Source: Malacoraja senta (Eukaryota). From it: a stretch of 64,000 bases of DNA. The notes beneath the pieces are model-generated. The model ran no database searches. It was not told the DNA's origin and worked only from the letters and a program-made list of their open reading frames with translations. Shown piece by piece: positions 62,363 through 64,000 of the stretch. Location of the stretch: positions 5,210,001 through 5,274,000 of the forward strand of contig CM075990.1 in assembly GCA_038087875.1 (NCBI GenBank), given 5' to 3'. Position numbers and translations under genes: made by a program. The number at the start of each line of letters is the position of its first letter. The stretch's first letter is position 1.

Positions 62363-62638
62363 AGGGCCTGACCCACTTGGCGATTTTTTCGGCGACTGCC
62401 GGCGTCATATCAGTGTCGCCAAAAGATTTTGAACATTTCAAAATCTAGCAGCGCCAAAAAAAAATTGCGACACTTGAAAAAAACACCGCGCGTCATACGT
62501 CATCACGCCGTGTGATGCCGCGTCACCGCCGCATCACGCCGCGTCACGCCGCATTATGCTGCGAACTTTTCGGTGACCTGCTACGTCAGTCAATGATGCC
62601 GGCAGTCGCCGAAAAAACCGCCAAGTGGGACAGGCCCT
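62363..62638. mobile_element. PIF/Harbinger-like MITE inserted in a hammerhead module
   Basis: ~50-bp imperfect TIRs starting AGGGCCTG; perfect TTA TSD (62360-62362, 62639-62641) that restores the GAGTTACT consensus of the host repeat. Confidence 0.9.
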
Positions 62639-63906
62639 TTACTGCAGCATTTTGTGTCTATCTTCGGTCACAGAGGACCCCTGCACGACTTGTCTTCCCC
62701 TCCAGGCAGTACCGACCCATCCGCCGGAAGAAAGTGGAGGCTTTGGAAAGGGTGCAGAGGAGGTTTACCAGAATGTTGCTTGGATTAGGAGGTATTAGCT
62801 CTAGGGAGAGGTTGGGCAGGCTAGATTGTATTCTCTGGAATGCTGGAGGTTGCTGGGAGACCAGATTGAAGTATGTAAAATTACATGGAGTGGATGTCAG
62901 AATCTTTTTCCCAGGATGGAAAAAAACAAATTTATAGAGGGCATAGATTTGAGGTGAGAGGGGCAATGTTTAAAGTGGATGTATTAAGGCGCTACTCGGG
63001 GTAGTGGTTGAAGTATATATGTTAGTGGCATTTAAAAGACTTTTGCATTGGCACATGGATACGTAGGGAATGGAGGGATATGGGTTATGTGCAGGTAGAT
63101 AAGTGATGGTATTGGCATCATGTTCAGCACAGACTTTGAGGGCCAAAGGTTCTGTTCTTGTGCTGTATGTTCAATGTTTTATGTTGTAACCCTTGGTGTG
63201 TCCACCTCTCCATCTATATCAATGTCTATTTCTGCCTCCTGTTTGCTTCTCAGTGTCCAGCTGATGGTGCATCCGATCCATGCGGCTGAGAGGAGTTACA
63301 AGTGAGCCTGGTCGTCTGTGCTGCAGTGCATGGGTGTGCAGGTCTGGCACCCTCTGCAGTCAGCTAGTGGTTCTTTCCCTTTAAAGTGAAGTGGAAAAGA
63401 TTTAATAGGAATCTGAGGGGTAACTTTTTCACACAAAGGGTGGTGGGTGTATGGAACGAGCTGCCAGAGGAGGTAGTTGAGGCTGGGACTATCCCAACAT
63501 TTAAGAAACAGTTGGACAGGTACATGGATAGGACAGGTTTGGAGGGATATGGACCAAACGCGAGCAGGTGGGACGAGTGTAAGTGGGACATGTTGGCCGG
63601 TGTGGTCAAGTTGGGCCGAAGGACCTGTTTCCAAACTGTATCACTGCATGACTGTACGACTAGATCTGCCAGTGAGCTCTCGGTATGTTTTGGTCCTTTG
63701 TTTCGGGTCAATCACCTTTCATCCCAGCTCATGAAATGTTATCAACCTGAAACATTCGATGTAGAAACAAGGAACTGCAGATGCTGGTTTGCAAAAAAAA
63801 GACTCAAAGTGCTGGAGTAACTCAGAGGGTTAAGCAGCATCTCTGGAGAATGTGAATAGGTGACGGCTAAATGAAGAATAACACAAAACTATCGGGCAGA
63901 AGTTAT

Positions 63907-64000
63907 GTGGCACAATGACACAGCGGTAGAGTTGCTGCCTTACAGCGCCAGAGACCCAGGTTCGATCCTGACTACAGGTGCTGTCTGTATGGAGTTTGCA
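63907..64000 (+). mobile_element. HE1-type SINE head (runs off the window)
   Basis: tRNA-like A box and GGTTCGATCC B box. Confidence 0.8.

Noticed and set aside
63907..63975. tRNA genes at SINE heads
   Set aside because: A/B boxes continue directly into the SINE core; these are tRNA-derived repeats, not tRNAs.

Overview
Vertebrate genomic DNA, almost certainly a cartilaginous fish (probably a skate/ray, judged from the HE1-type SINEs and HER1/CR1 LINEs). The only host gene I can support is the 5' part of a stearoyl-CoA desaturase (scd, SCD1-type) on the minus strand: two coding exons (5561-5840, 5055-5185) and a CCAAT/SRE-like promoter module at about 6050-6110. The downstream exons were not found and probably lie left of the window. 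The remaining ~57 kb is transposon-dense upstream/intergenic DNA: three long CR1 LINEs (one with an uninterrupted ORF2 and an SGNH-esterase ORF1), Rex1/Babar, RTEX-like, Tx1 and Penelope elements, about 13 tRNA-derived SINEs, Harbinger-like MITEs and a minisatellite-filled Helitron-like element. The most interesting signal is RNA-level: three kinds of small non-coding retroelements carry self-cleaving ribozyme folds. (1) A 140-bp TSD-flanked SINE begins exactly with a 54-nt HDV-like fold (11333-11472). (2) Two TSD-flanked RTE-type SINEs begin exactly at P1 of a large-P4 HDV-like fold with covariation (31633-31936, 48478-48901). (3) About 20 Penelope-derived, often palindromic, modules carry minimal hammerhead cores. 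All folds were derived by hand and catalytic activity is untested. Repeat family names come from recognition of motifs, not database searches.
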